A DNA stretch of 64,000 bases from assembly GCA_010015585.1 (NCBI GenBank), contig ML975156.1. One strand, 5' to 3'. The first letter of the stretch is position 1, and the number at the start of each line of letters is the position of its first letter. Source of the DNA: Eremomyces bilateralis CBS 781.70. Its lineage: Eukaryota. The notes beneath the pieces are model-generated. The model did no database searches. It worked only from the letters and a program-made list of their open reading frames with translations, and was not told the origin of the DNA. A program made the position numbers and the translations under genes. Below are positions 50,337 through 61,601 of this stretch, piece by piece.

Positions 50337-52181
50337 ATGGAACCCCAGGCCGGATGCGAGAATGAGGCCGAATACACTGCCGCCCTCAGCAATCAGCGGG
50401 TAAGCTCAATAGAGCGACAGAAGTATTTGCGAGCCGTCGTGGACATGGGAAGGTGAGGCTAAAGACTCCAAACGCTGGAATCTATCGACTAAGATCATGC
50501 TAGTAATGGCATCCGATTTTCGATATCCGACCTCGCTCCACCAACAGCGAGGGTGCTGCCAACGGTCTATTCGAGCAGAGAAGACATTGGGCTGTACGAT
50601 GCTCAATTTGACCCGGACACAGGTGAAAGGATTCCAATCCCAGAATTCGTCATTTGCGCTGTTGTCGTCACGATTCTCCGCTTCCAGGTGGTGTGTGCCG
50701 ATCACGGTGTCCCCAATACTCGAATCCGGATTCTCGCTACGGAAGCCACCCGGACAGCTGTCAACTCCGAGGAGTTCCGGAAATCGATTTACAATGCCAC
50801 GGGACTGAGCACCGAGATGCTTCCGAAAGAAGAGGAGGGCCTCGTGGGCGCTTGGGGCATTGCGAGCGGGTTCTCGGAAGTCGAGGGCATCCTACTCGAC
50901 CTTGGCGGAGGTAGTATCCAGATCTCCTGGATGATATTCCGAGGGGGCGAAATCGAGATGAGCCCGAGAGGACCGTTAAGTTTTCCATATGGCGCAGCGG
51001 CCTTGACCCGGACGCTGAAGGTTCTCGAGGACGGGAAGACCAAAGCCGAAGCCGCGAGAGCGGTGGCGGAGTTTCGACGGGAGGTGAAAGCCAGCTTTTT
51101 GCAAGCATATGGAGAGCTCCAGATCCCGTTCTCGATGTACGACAACGCGCGGATGGAGGGCGGGTTCCCATTGTATCTCTCCGGAGGCGGGTTCAGAGGA
51201 TGGGGCTACTTAATTCTCTCCCGGAATCAGCAGGGTGGGCACCATTACCCAATCTCAATCATCAACGGATACACGGCCGGGAAGGACGAGTTCAGGGATA
51301 CGGAGGCCTTGAAGCATACTGCGAAATCAGCGCAGAAGATCTTCCGAGTCTCTGATCGTCGGAGAGCGCAGGTACCAGCCGTGGCCTTCCTCATCGATGT
51401 CCTAGCCGAATCAATTCCGAATGGAATAAGAAACGTCCACTTCTGCCAGGGCGGGGTTCGCGAAGGCGTTTTGTTCCAAACTCTAAACAATGAGGTCCGA
51501 AAACAGGATCCACTTGAGGTCGCCACAACGGTCTTCGCTCGACCTTCCACAGAAGCGCTGTTTTACCTCCTGAAAACATTCATCCCCGCCTCCACCCAAG
51601 ATTCCCAGCTCATTTTTCCAACGTCAATCAATGACCACCAAATTCGAGCGTTTATCAATGCGTTGTATGTTCACGCTCCAATGGGAAAAGAGTCCGCCTC
51701 AACCTCAGCATTGTACAGCACCAGCACTGGTATTTTGTCTGCAGCACACGGTATCTCGCACAAAGACCGCGCACTCCTAGCGCTCATGCTGGAGGAGAGG
51801 TATGAAGGCGATCTCCCTCCGCGTGAGGTCGAGTTTAAAGAGAGCCTCCGCCGACTCCTGACGCGCGAGGAGATTTGGTGGACACGGTATCTGGGAGCCG
51901 TTGGAGAGCTCATAGCGGCAATATACCCTGCAGGAGTAATTGATATGGCGAAACCACGGATAATCGCCTCCTCGAGGTGGTCGAATTCGATGGGGAAAAA
52001 TAGAAATGAACTGGGGATCAATCTCACGATTACCGTGCCAAAGGATCAAGATCGCCGTATGAGGCTGAAGGATACAGTGCAGCAGTACACGAATGATATC
52101 ATGAGAGTAGGGCGGAAAAAACATTGGATTGGAGAGGAACCTAAATGGGGGATCAAGGTGGACGTGGGAGTCATCGACTGA
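50337..52181 (+). CDS. rtg2: Ppx/GppA-family protein, Rtg2 (retrograde regulation)-like
   Basis: AVVDMGS/NGIRFSISDL across an intron ~50453-50502, ATEATRTAVNS, LDLGGGSIQI, LSGGGFRGWG, GGVREG. Confidence 0.85.
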
Positions 52182-52415
52182 TCACGAAATTGTCGATCGA
52201 GACGGATCATGATGAAATAGCTTACTATATTGATATCGGACATCGCCATCAGTGTTCGTGTAGGTGACCGTGAGTAGACGCGCAGATCGATCTGCTCGAG
52301 TGCTAATAAAGCGACAAGGTGTTGGTAGGAAAATGTCGAAATTGTATACCACCGGAAAGGCCAGATACTCTCCTGGACTATTTCTCCTGTTTGTCAAAAG
52401 CCTTCTATGCCATTT

Positions 52416-53360
52416 AGTTCATTCGACCCTGACTTTGTTCAACGACGGCTTCGGATTCAACATTCCAGCAAGACCCAAGCAAAGAAGCCAGAGTGGAATT
52501 GTACCAGAAAAGTAAACTAAAAATGTCCATTTCAATGCCCTAAAGTATCTAGTGACACTAAAGAGGCTGGAAACAAACGAGAGCGGTAAAAGGACGACAG
52601 CGAAAAAGGATAGTTTGGCAACGTAGTGACTCTGATCGAGCTTCTCGTAGTACTCGTCGATCGAAATACTGGCAGTTGCGACTTGTACTATATGTTGGAT
52701 TCTGTTCCAGAGTCCTCCCATGTTACTCCTAAGATTGTCATAATCATCGCTGAGATTCATTATCGGATTGTTGACGTGTTGGACATGGGATTTGGAGCAT
52801 CGCTCCCAGGCGGTGTTGGTTTTCAACCGTCTGCAATCTCATTGTATTGTATAGGGGCACCCAACGCCTCATGGGTGGATATTTGGCAATGAATGGTGGA
52901 CTCCATAGTATGCCTCCGCAACTTCGGATGCACTATCTTCTAATTGATATGTAGAGACCCCTAACATTGCGCACGGATGATGCTAACAGTCCCAGAAGCC
53001 GGGCCTGAGGAAGGGGCTTTGGCAGATTCGGTTTCGAGTTTCGACAGACCTCTTTGTCCAGAAGACCACTTTGCTCCATGAGTGAGGAACCATAGGGCGA
53101 CGCAGGAGTAACCGAGTGACAAGATCGACGTAGATAAGGAAAAAACGCGGGTTATGATCGAAACGATAAAGGGAAGACTAGACTGGGTATTGACGGTAAC
53201 TTCAAGGGTTGAAAGAAGCGGGCTGAGCAAATATTCGGCCTAAAGTCCTCGATTGACTTGGAACGAGAGAGTGGTACAATGTTAGTCGTCGTCGACCTGG
53301 GAGGATGTAGTGGATTTATCCCTATCTGATTGAAACTTAGCATAATGAACGAATTCTGCA
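52416..53360 (-). pseudogene. Decayed CorA-like (C-terminal 2-TM) fungal protein
   Basis: KLSFFAVVLLPLSFVSSLFS...FLVYFSGTIPL tail typical of CorA-like domains; upstream frame broken by stops, no clear start. Confidence 0.5.
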
Positions 53361-53500
53361 TCGAGTAGATTGCTTGTTTAATAGTAAATGAAGACCGCTC
53401 CTTTAAACTTCTTTCAAAGCTCGAGGACGGTTGTCGGACAAGTACTCGATATGGAAAAGTACTCGATATGGAAACTGGAGGGAAATGTACTAAAGATCAT

Positions 53501-53512
53501 CATCACGTGATG
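53501..53512. promoter_or_regulatory. Perfect palindrome CATCACGTGATG (bHLH/Cbf1-type E-box) upstream of tom22
   Basis: 12-bp palindrome about 200 bp upstream of the ATG; a 17-bp tandem duplication lies just upstream (~53441-53474). Confidence 0.45.
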
Positions 53513-53709
53513 GTGTACAGCATCGCAACATTTTGTCGACAAAAGTTCGAGACAGCCATGCCATCATCAATCAAGACATCAAACCAACCTGAACCTTAGC
53601 AAGTTAACACAATTCCGAAATCCCAAACCATACGACCGACTCCGTGTCTTCATCCTTAATCCAACCGATCATTTCCCTAATTCCCACCACCTTCCCCTAA
53701 ACCGCCGCC

Positions 53710-54266
53710 ATGGTCAAGGTCGAAGAAGTCATCGACGAGGAATTCCTCCGCGCCCAAGAAGGCGACGAAGGCTGGGAAGACGAGATTAGCGATGACGGTA
53801 TGCTCCTCCCCGTCACCCACCCCCCATAATCCCACACACCCATCGCTCCCTTCCATCGCCCATCTAATCCTCTCCCCCCCCGCAGAATCCGACGCCTCCT
53901 CCATCGACGTCCCCGAAGACGAAACCCTCTACGACCGTTTCGTCGCCCTGCGCGACATCATTCCGCCCGTCTATCGCAACCGCGTCGCCTCCGTGGCATC
54001 GGGAACCTCGTCGTTCTTCCGGTCGGGGACATCGTTCACGGCCAAGTCGCTGTACGTCTTGGCGACCACGACGCTGTTCTTGGGCGTGCCGTGGATGATT
54101 GCGTTCAGCGAGGAGCAGCAGTTGGCGGAGATGGAGAAGGAGGAGAGGATGAGGGCATTGGGGGCTGAGGTGAGTTTTACGGTATCTGAGATGGGTGTGG
54201 GGAATACTGACCAGTGTATAGGTCTTGACGCAGGGTGCGCCGGAGGAGGTGAAGCCGGCCTTGTAA
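53710..54266 (+). CDS. tom22: Mitochondrial import receptor Tom22
   Basis: Acidic N-terminus MVKVEEVIDEEF, ETLYDRFVALRDIIPP, TM LYVLATTTLFLGVPW, EEQQLAEMEKE; two introns. Confidence 0.95.
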
Positions 54267-54847
54267 ATTTATCGCAGATCATGTTCGATTGGGGACTGGG
54301 AACTGCGTTCTTATTCAGGGGATCCGGATACCAGGTTTTCTTCTTGTCGGAGGATGTATCACCCATGGCATGTATATGGCGTTGGCAAAATGTAACACTA
54401 CTACTCTTCTCATCCACAACATCCGTGCCCACATTTGAGGTTGCCGGCCACGCAAGCAAAACACCATCTTATATTTCTATTGTAAAACAGCCAAAAACGG
54501 AAAGCGGAGAACATTTCGCCTTTCTTCTTCTATATTTACACACACCTGCCCGCACACAATGTGCACAATGTCGCGGAGAACCCGAGCAAAATCCAAGCAA
54601 AAATGATATCCATCAGAACTTCCCCTGATGCCCGGATGACCGTAGTTCATTAGGACCATTGCGGACCGAAAATGCCATGACGCGCGAGACGAAGGGAATA
54701 TGAAGGGTACGAAGGGACCGGATGGAAGGACTTTTGACTCGTGGAGTTAGGAAGGGCTCCATTAGGCATAGTGGAGGCGGTTGGTGGTAATACAAGGTAG
54801 AAAGGAAGAAAAAGCGTTAGGATGCCCTAGTTACGGGTCCTCGCGCT

Positions 54848-56103
54848 CTAAAAAGGAATCGACGGCCCCTCAGTCATCGACTGTTGCTGTTCCATTAATT
54901 CCGGGTCCGCGGACTCGATCGACACGGCCAACCCAACCTTCACTTGTTGCTGTTGACGGTTAGCTTGATCATCTGTCCAGTTTCGAAGGGAACCATACCT
55001 TCCACTGGTCCAGCTCTCCGGAAAACGTCACGCGCACCGGCGGAGCGATGGACTTTTCCAACAAGCACCCCATCTTGCCCTGGCTATCGATCTGCGCCCG
55101 ATAGCTGCTCGCGCGGAAATCGTACTTGACGCCGAACGTCGCCACGCCCTCCTTGCCCGGCGCGCCCATCATCGCCGCCTGCGGATTCCCCATGCCCGCG
55201 AAACTCAGGTTCAGATCCGCGCCCGCCTCCACCTTCTCGCTCAGCCGCTTCCAAAAGCTCGCCTGCACGGCGCCTTGTCCCAGGACGCGCGCGGAGGCGA
55301 TCCACTCCCTCGTCTTGTAGCGCCCGACGTAGCTCATCATGACGTCCGGCGGGTGCTGCATGTCGAGGCGCTGCCACATGCCCTCCATGCCGAGGGCGAG
55401 TTTGGGGGTGACGCTCTGCAGGTAGGAGCCGATGACCATGCCGGTCAGGCCACCGTTGAAGATGGAGGGGTTCATGGACTTGACGACGGCGGTGAAGTCG
55501 GCGCCGTTGTAGTCGGCTTCGGCTTGGAGCATGGGTTGCTGCATGGAGTCTTGGGGAAGGTTGACGGAGAATTTGGTGACGAGGGCGTTGGTGATGCGGC
55601 GGTTGAAGCGGCCGTTGACGGCGAGGTCCGAGTCGATGGTGGCTTGGAGGAAGTGCTGCGGGCATCGTATAAGCGACTGTTCGGATTCATCGTGGAGATT
55701 GACTCTATCATTGCACCGTCTCCGATGCGGTCGTGGCAATGCTCGGGAGTCCTAAGGAGAGGTTTTCACATACCTTCGATGAGCCGTACATCGCGTTATA
55801 ACTATACGGCGGCATCCCCTGGGCGCCCATCGCAAAGGCATGCGATAACTGGAACATCGGCGACACGCCGATCACCTTGTTAAACTCCGCCCGGACGCCG
55901 GTGAAGGCCAAGTTGTTGAGGAAGACATCCTGATCGACCTCCTTGGAGATCTTCTCGACGGTCCCCGGATTCGACAGCCCCAAGCTCTCCCGCTTCTCGT
56001 GGAAGGTCCGGTACGTATTGCGCACGCGGTCGAATAGCGGGTTCGATATGACCGGCGATAAGAAGCCGGATGTTGTGCTGGTCGTTGACGATGTGGCCTC
56101 CAT
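54848..56103 (-). CDS. tom40: Mitochondrial import channel Tom40
   Basis: LGLSNPGTVEKISKEV, FQLSHAF, YLQSVTPKLALG, GVKYDFRASSYRAQIDS, C-terminal SIPF; two introns. Confidence 0.97.
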
Positions 56104-56642
56104 GACGGCGGACGGTTAACTGCTTCCCTGTCCCGGGTGGGACGAGATGGACTCCTTAAATCGGGTAAACGGGGGAAGTGATGGCAAAATCTAAGGAAGA
56201 TGGAAAGGAATGGACGATATAAGGAGAGCAAGAAAGACCTGGGGTTGGGAGCGCAGTGTCTGGTGCCAATGCAAAGGATAATAGTCGTCGATGGGCAACT
56301 TGATGGATCAGAAAAATACCTGAAGCTTCGAATGTCGGAGTGGCTTGGACTTCGGCGGGCGAAAGGAACCATTTGTGCAGAGCGTGGATCATTGAGAATT
56401 TCAGGCGCAAGGTGAGTCGCAATCATTACTGAAGAGCAACACTGGGGGACTCTGCAGTTACGATATTGATTATTTCCTGGGGATATGTTGGGTTCATCTT
56501 TGTTGTTACCCCGATAATCTTTTCACTCTTGTGTTGTCTTAGTCCTTCTTACGACACTCAGTCATTTTCTCTTTATGCTCCCATATTGAAATTCCGAGGA
56601 CCTGAAGTAATTACCAAGCACTGAAACATACTCCTCTCTAGC

Positions 56643-58092
56643 AGTAAGTATGCCATGAATCTGCCTTGTATATAAGATACTGATCTCTACAGTGGACGAC
56701 ATTGACCTTTACGGTATGGATTTTGGAATGTACAGGTGGCATATCACTAACACCGTCTCTAGAGGTCCTCGGCCTAGCTCGGGGTGCCTCCAAGGCTGAA
56801 GTCAAGAAGGCCTACCACAAGGTATCTCCAGAAGCTGTCACTAGGTCGTATTTATCTAACAGCAGCAGGCCGCACTATCCAGCCACCCCGACAAAGTCGC
56901 CGAAGATGACCGCCTGGAAGCCGAAGTCCGCTTCAAAGCCGTCAGCCAAGCCTACGAAATCCTCTATGACGACGACAAGCGCCACGTCTACGACACCCAC
57001 GGTATGTCCGCCTTCGACGGCTCCCGTCCCGGCCCCGGCGGCGACATGGGCATGGAAGACCTCTTCGAGCAGATGTTCGGGATGAACTTCGGCGGCGCCG
57101 GCATGGGCGGGATGCCGGGCGGCCGTCCGCAGTTCGCGAGGGAGCAGCCGCGGAAAGGGCCGGATGAGGAGCAGGAATATCAGGTCACGCTCGAGGAGCT
57201 GTATAAGGGGAAGTCGAGCCGGTTCGCGGTCACGAAGAATGTCATCTGCGGGCACTGCAAAGGGTCCGGGGGGAAGGAGAAGGCGAAACCGCACGACTGC
57301 GCGTCATGCGGCGGACAAGGTTGGTTATGATCTCCGCAGCGCAGGAATCTCATATTGACATCGACAGGAATGACCGAGACGTTCCAACCCGTCGGACCCG
57401 GCCTGGTCACCCGCGCCATGAAAACGTGCGGCACCTGCAACGGCGACGGCAAGGTGTTCAAGGAGAAGGAGAAGTGCCGCAAATGCAAGGGCAAAAAGGT
57501 GGTGGAGGCGCGAAAGACCCTCGAACTCTACATCCCGCCGGGATCGCGCCAAGGCGAGAGCATCCCGCTCAAGGGCGAGGCGGACCAGGTGCCGGGCCAG
57601 GAACCGGGCGACATCATCTTCCACCTCGTCGAGGTCCCGCACGACACCTTCCGCCGCGCCGGCGCCGATCTGGCCGCCGATATTCACATCTCGCTCTCCG
57701 AGGCGTTGACGGGATTCGGGCGCGTGGTGCTGACGCACCTCGATGGGCGGGGGATCCAGATCCAGGTGGATCAGCCGGCAGGCCGGGTGCTGAAACCGGA
57801 TCAGGTACTCAAGGTGAAAGGAGAGGGGATGCCGATTAAGAGGAGTGAGGGCAGGGGAGACCTCTTCCTCGTGTTGAAGATTGACTTCCCCGAGGACGGG
57901 TGGTTGAAAGATGCGGCGGCTATCAGAGCCGTGCGTGATGTGCTGCCCAAACCGAAACCAGCCATGGCGTCAGACAACGTGGATGAGGTCCAATGGGAGG
58001 ATGGGGACATGGACGACTACGGCGCGGGATCTGGCGACCAAGAATGGGAGGACGACGACGAAGAGGGAGGACCCCAATGCGCAACGCAATGA
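56643..58092 (+). CDS. Class A DnaJ co-chaperone (Xdj1/Ydj1 family), CaaX-terminated
   Basis: J domain with HPDK, G/M-rich linker, four CxxCxGx(G/K) repeats, C-terminal CATQ; start codon predicted to be split A|TG by intron 56644-56692. Confidence 0.93.
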
Positions 58093-58294
58093 GCGTGACG
58101 CCGCCACCATCTTCATTCTTTCTCCCCCTGCATTATTTTTCACATCCCACGTCATAGACCGGCTCCTCGGCGTTTGGAACTCCCCACGCCTTCGCGATAT
58201 CCCGACGATTCGCATGATATAGGATATCCAACCCCTACTCCGGGTGTATAGATAGTATTGATAGCGTCCGTAGCACGCTATGCGACGATCATGA

Positions 58295-59033
58295 TCATGA
58301 CCACTTTGACCGCTCGTTCATCGCGTCAGCCTCCTGCCCCATCCGCGCCATCCACCGGTCTACCAGCTCCTTGTTCTCGTCGCGCAGTTTCTGGGACTTC
58401 GCCTCCGCGACGTTGAGCTGGAGGTTGAGCGAGAGCATCTCGTCTTGCACGTCCTAGACACTATATCAGCATCTCTCCCACTATTTCCCTAAAATAAGAT
58501 AAAGAAGAGGGATATACCTCCACCAGCTTTGCCTTCGCCTTCAACTCCATATTCCGATCCTCCAGCTTCCGCTCCACCACCGCCTTCTCCCGCCCCAGCC
58601 CCTCGATCTTCCTCCGATCCCGCATCCCGGCTGCTTTCAACGCCGCCAGCTCCTTCGTCAGAGGCTCTAGCTTCGCCTGCAATTCCGCCCGGCTCTTCTG
58701 TGTGGTCGCGAGGTCCGCTCGGAGCTGCGTAAGGGCGGCCTCGACGTTGTCAGCGGTGTCTTTGCCGCGGGGTTCTTTACCTGTAGGTTTCGGGGGGCGG
58801 GGAGAGGGCGAAGATGATATGGGTTCTGCTGGGGCGGTGTCTCGTCTCGATGCGTCGGACTGCAACGCCGCTGCGCGATCGGCGAGCTGGGTGTCTAGCA
58901 TGGAGTTGAGTCAACGACGAGTTACCATGGTGGGGTAGAGACGCATACAGTTCTCGATGATAGCAAGTTGGGATTTCTCAGTCGTGTCTCGGGCGGCGAG
59001 AGCGTCCATGTATTCTACCAGCCATGACGCCAT
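58295..59033 (-). CDS. atg16: Autophagy protein Atg16
   Basis: [17 protein letters not shown]-terminus, coiled coil, [38 protein letters not shown]; two introns. Confidence 0.93.
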
Positions 59034-59709
59034 TTCGCACAGTGGCCTAGGTCGCGCTCCGGTTACCGGTGATGAATCGAATGAGGCATGGGGAGACAGC
59101 AGAGCCTCAACTCTACGGTCGGGAAATGGGTTGTTTAGAAGGGGATAATGGGGATTGGAGATGGCTTCTATCCATGGACAAGCTGTGTACCTAAGGTTGG
59201 TAGGATATCAATACAAGAAACATGGTTGGGAGTGTGTTGTCAGGATGCCCTCCACTGAACTTCAACTGGTGATGTGCCCCACTTCGACAGGCTTCCAGTT
59301 TCCACAAATAGCTCCAACAGTAAACATGAATATATTAGGACTATGCCCCCCGAGTGTATATACCACCGCGACCATGGCTATACAATGAAACTACATGTCG
59401 GTATAGTAATGGTACATTGCAGGGACTTAAATTCAGCGTTGAAGCAAATTAGATTGCCCTCTGATGCTAAAAATGCTACGTCGCTCAGGTATTTGCTAAT
59501 ATGTATAAGATACTCCTATTCTCAAAGAGATCCGATATTGATCTGATACTCCGTAGTCGAACACGCTACTCGGCTTGGGCGATCCGGTTGCCAAAATCTG
59601 CCTTTACTCAAGTCCTATCCTACGCCCGGAAAATCACCGTCTTCCGTCCATAGACCGCATCACGGCACGCTCCCTGGCATCCGATCCTCCATAGCCTGAC
59701 CGACCTCGC

Positions 59710-60075
59710 CTATCGCCCAAACGAGCCAGATAACCTCGAATCCGCGTCTTTATACTTATCCCCCTTCCCAATCTTCTTGAGCGACGTCGCCCCTTCACCA
59801 ACCTTCTCCGCGCCCACCACGATCTTGTTCAGAATCTGCTGGACAGCCTCCCGGCCACTCGCGCTCATGCCCTTGCTCTGCTGACGGAGATCCGTCACGG
59901 CGTTGTCGATGTTTTGAACGGCGCGCGATATTTGCTGCACAGTGTTTTGATTGATTTCGCGGCGGTAGATTTCTTCGTTGTGGAGGCGGACATCGCGGGT
60001 GTCGGGGGAGTTGGGAGCGGCGTAGGCCGAGAGGGCGAGGAGGGGGAAGATGAAAAGGCTGGAGGTGAAATGCAT
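59710..60075 (-). CDS. Small secreted cysteine-free helical protein (121 aa)
   Basis: Signal peptide MHFTSSLFIFPLLALSAYA, dibasic RR site, coding-like codon usage, TATA-like tataaaag at ~60226-60233. Confidence 0.75.
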   Translation of the reverse strand: MHFTSSLFIFPLLALSAYAAPNSPDTRDVRLHNEEIYRREINQNTVQQISRAVQNIDNAVTDLRQQSKGMSASGREAVQQILNKIVVGAEKVGEGATSLKKIGKGDKYKDADSRLSGSFGR

Positions 60076-60861
60076 GGTGGGTGATGGAAGACTTGGAGAG
60101 GTAGAAAGACTTCTTTCGGGAAAGTTTATCGAATGGAGATGTTTTTGTTGCTTTGGCACTGGACAGACTGTTGAGGTTGAAACGAGTGATGCTGGGAAAA
60201 ACAAACAACTGGACGAAGAACAACGCTTTTATATCTCGATTCTCGACGTGTTGGCCATGAAGCAATGAAACATACTAGCAATGATCGCAAATTTAACAGG
60301 ATGTGGCCGAAGTCACCGAAGCCTGTATCTCTCGTATTCTGATATTGGCCATTGCCGCTCAGGGGAACGCCAGTCTGCGATTCCGGCATTCCGCCACTCC
60401 GGGGGCCAAAGGAGGCACCAATTGCATAACAGCCACCTGCCACCAGGATCGACAGGTGCACAGAGCCTCATGCCTGTCGCCATTGGGATTGTAAGGTTAC
60501 GCGAGCAGCGAGTTTGGCGAGCATAGAAGTGATATGGTCACGAATAGTGGACGAGCAGATGGCGTGTAATCGATTGGTATTTACGTATGCGTGCCTCATT
60601 TCCCAAGACTAATCCTTAAAGAAGAAGAACAATAGGAAAGTGAAGAGTTTGACTTGTGTCTTCTCATAGGGGTGGTCACGCGACCTTTCTCGGAATGTAG
60701 ATTGGTGGCTTGTGGGGAAGGTTTTGTCCCGTGGCGCTAGTGTGTTAGATACACCTTACAAATTAGATTCGGTGTATTATTAGCCCACCATGCCCTATGG
60801 CGGATTGGCGGTGGCTTGGGAGTGGAATGCGCCTCGTCGGGTCTGTGCTCTGGGGTTTCTT

Positions 60862-60966
60862 GCGCTAGTGCGCTACAGCACTGGTGCGCTAGAGCGCTGG
60901 CTGCTGAGTGCTGAGTGCGCTCAGCGCTAACTGCTCAGCGCTCATGCGCTGGCAACGGTGCTGCGC
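60862..60966. repeat. Degenerate ~8-bp GCGCT/GTGCT minisatellite
   Basis: gcgctagt gcgctaca gcactggt gcgctaga gcgctgg ... gcgctca units. Confidence 0.75.
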
Positions 60967-61601
60967 AAATCCCGTGGGCCATGGCAATTGGCATCTCTGG
61001 ATTCTTGCCTCGGGAAGATCTCGGTCTAATACCCACGGACGGACCGCAGCAGTTTGAATCACTCACTTAACCGGAGTCATCTCCAAAGACATGTCCACTG
61101 TGACGAGTACTTACCTATATCCGACGACAACGGTGAGTCAAAAGCACTTCTGCTATCCTATGAATTATACCATCAAGGCATCAAACACCAATTCCTTAAG
61201 TATTTCGTGACTCATGTAGCGTGATCATCTTCGTTGAACCTCGCTTGCAGATCCACTGCCTCAAGTTCCTGGATTGACCAGTCACCAAGACACTCAGCGC
61301 TATGGACGTATTTACATCCGCCACATCCATCGCTATATCAAGCAGTTGTTCTTCATTTCTGTCATTGTTCTATCGGTCTCGCTGAAGTCATTGCAGTACT
61401 CTTTCCTGGCGGAATCTACAAGTATTTCCAGTCCATATCGGTCTTGGTATTCGGTTTCGAGACTTCAATTGCTGTTTGGCACCATCTATTTTCAGGGCAA
61501 TCCCTAGACTTGGCTCCCTCGTGTTATATTTTATTATCAGAGTTTTCCTATTATTTCAGTCGATTCTATATCAGCCAAAAGGATTTGCATAGTCTCCCAC
61601 C

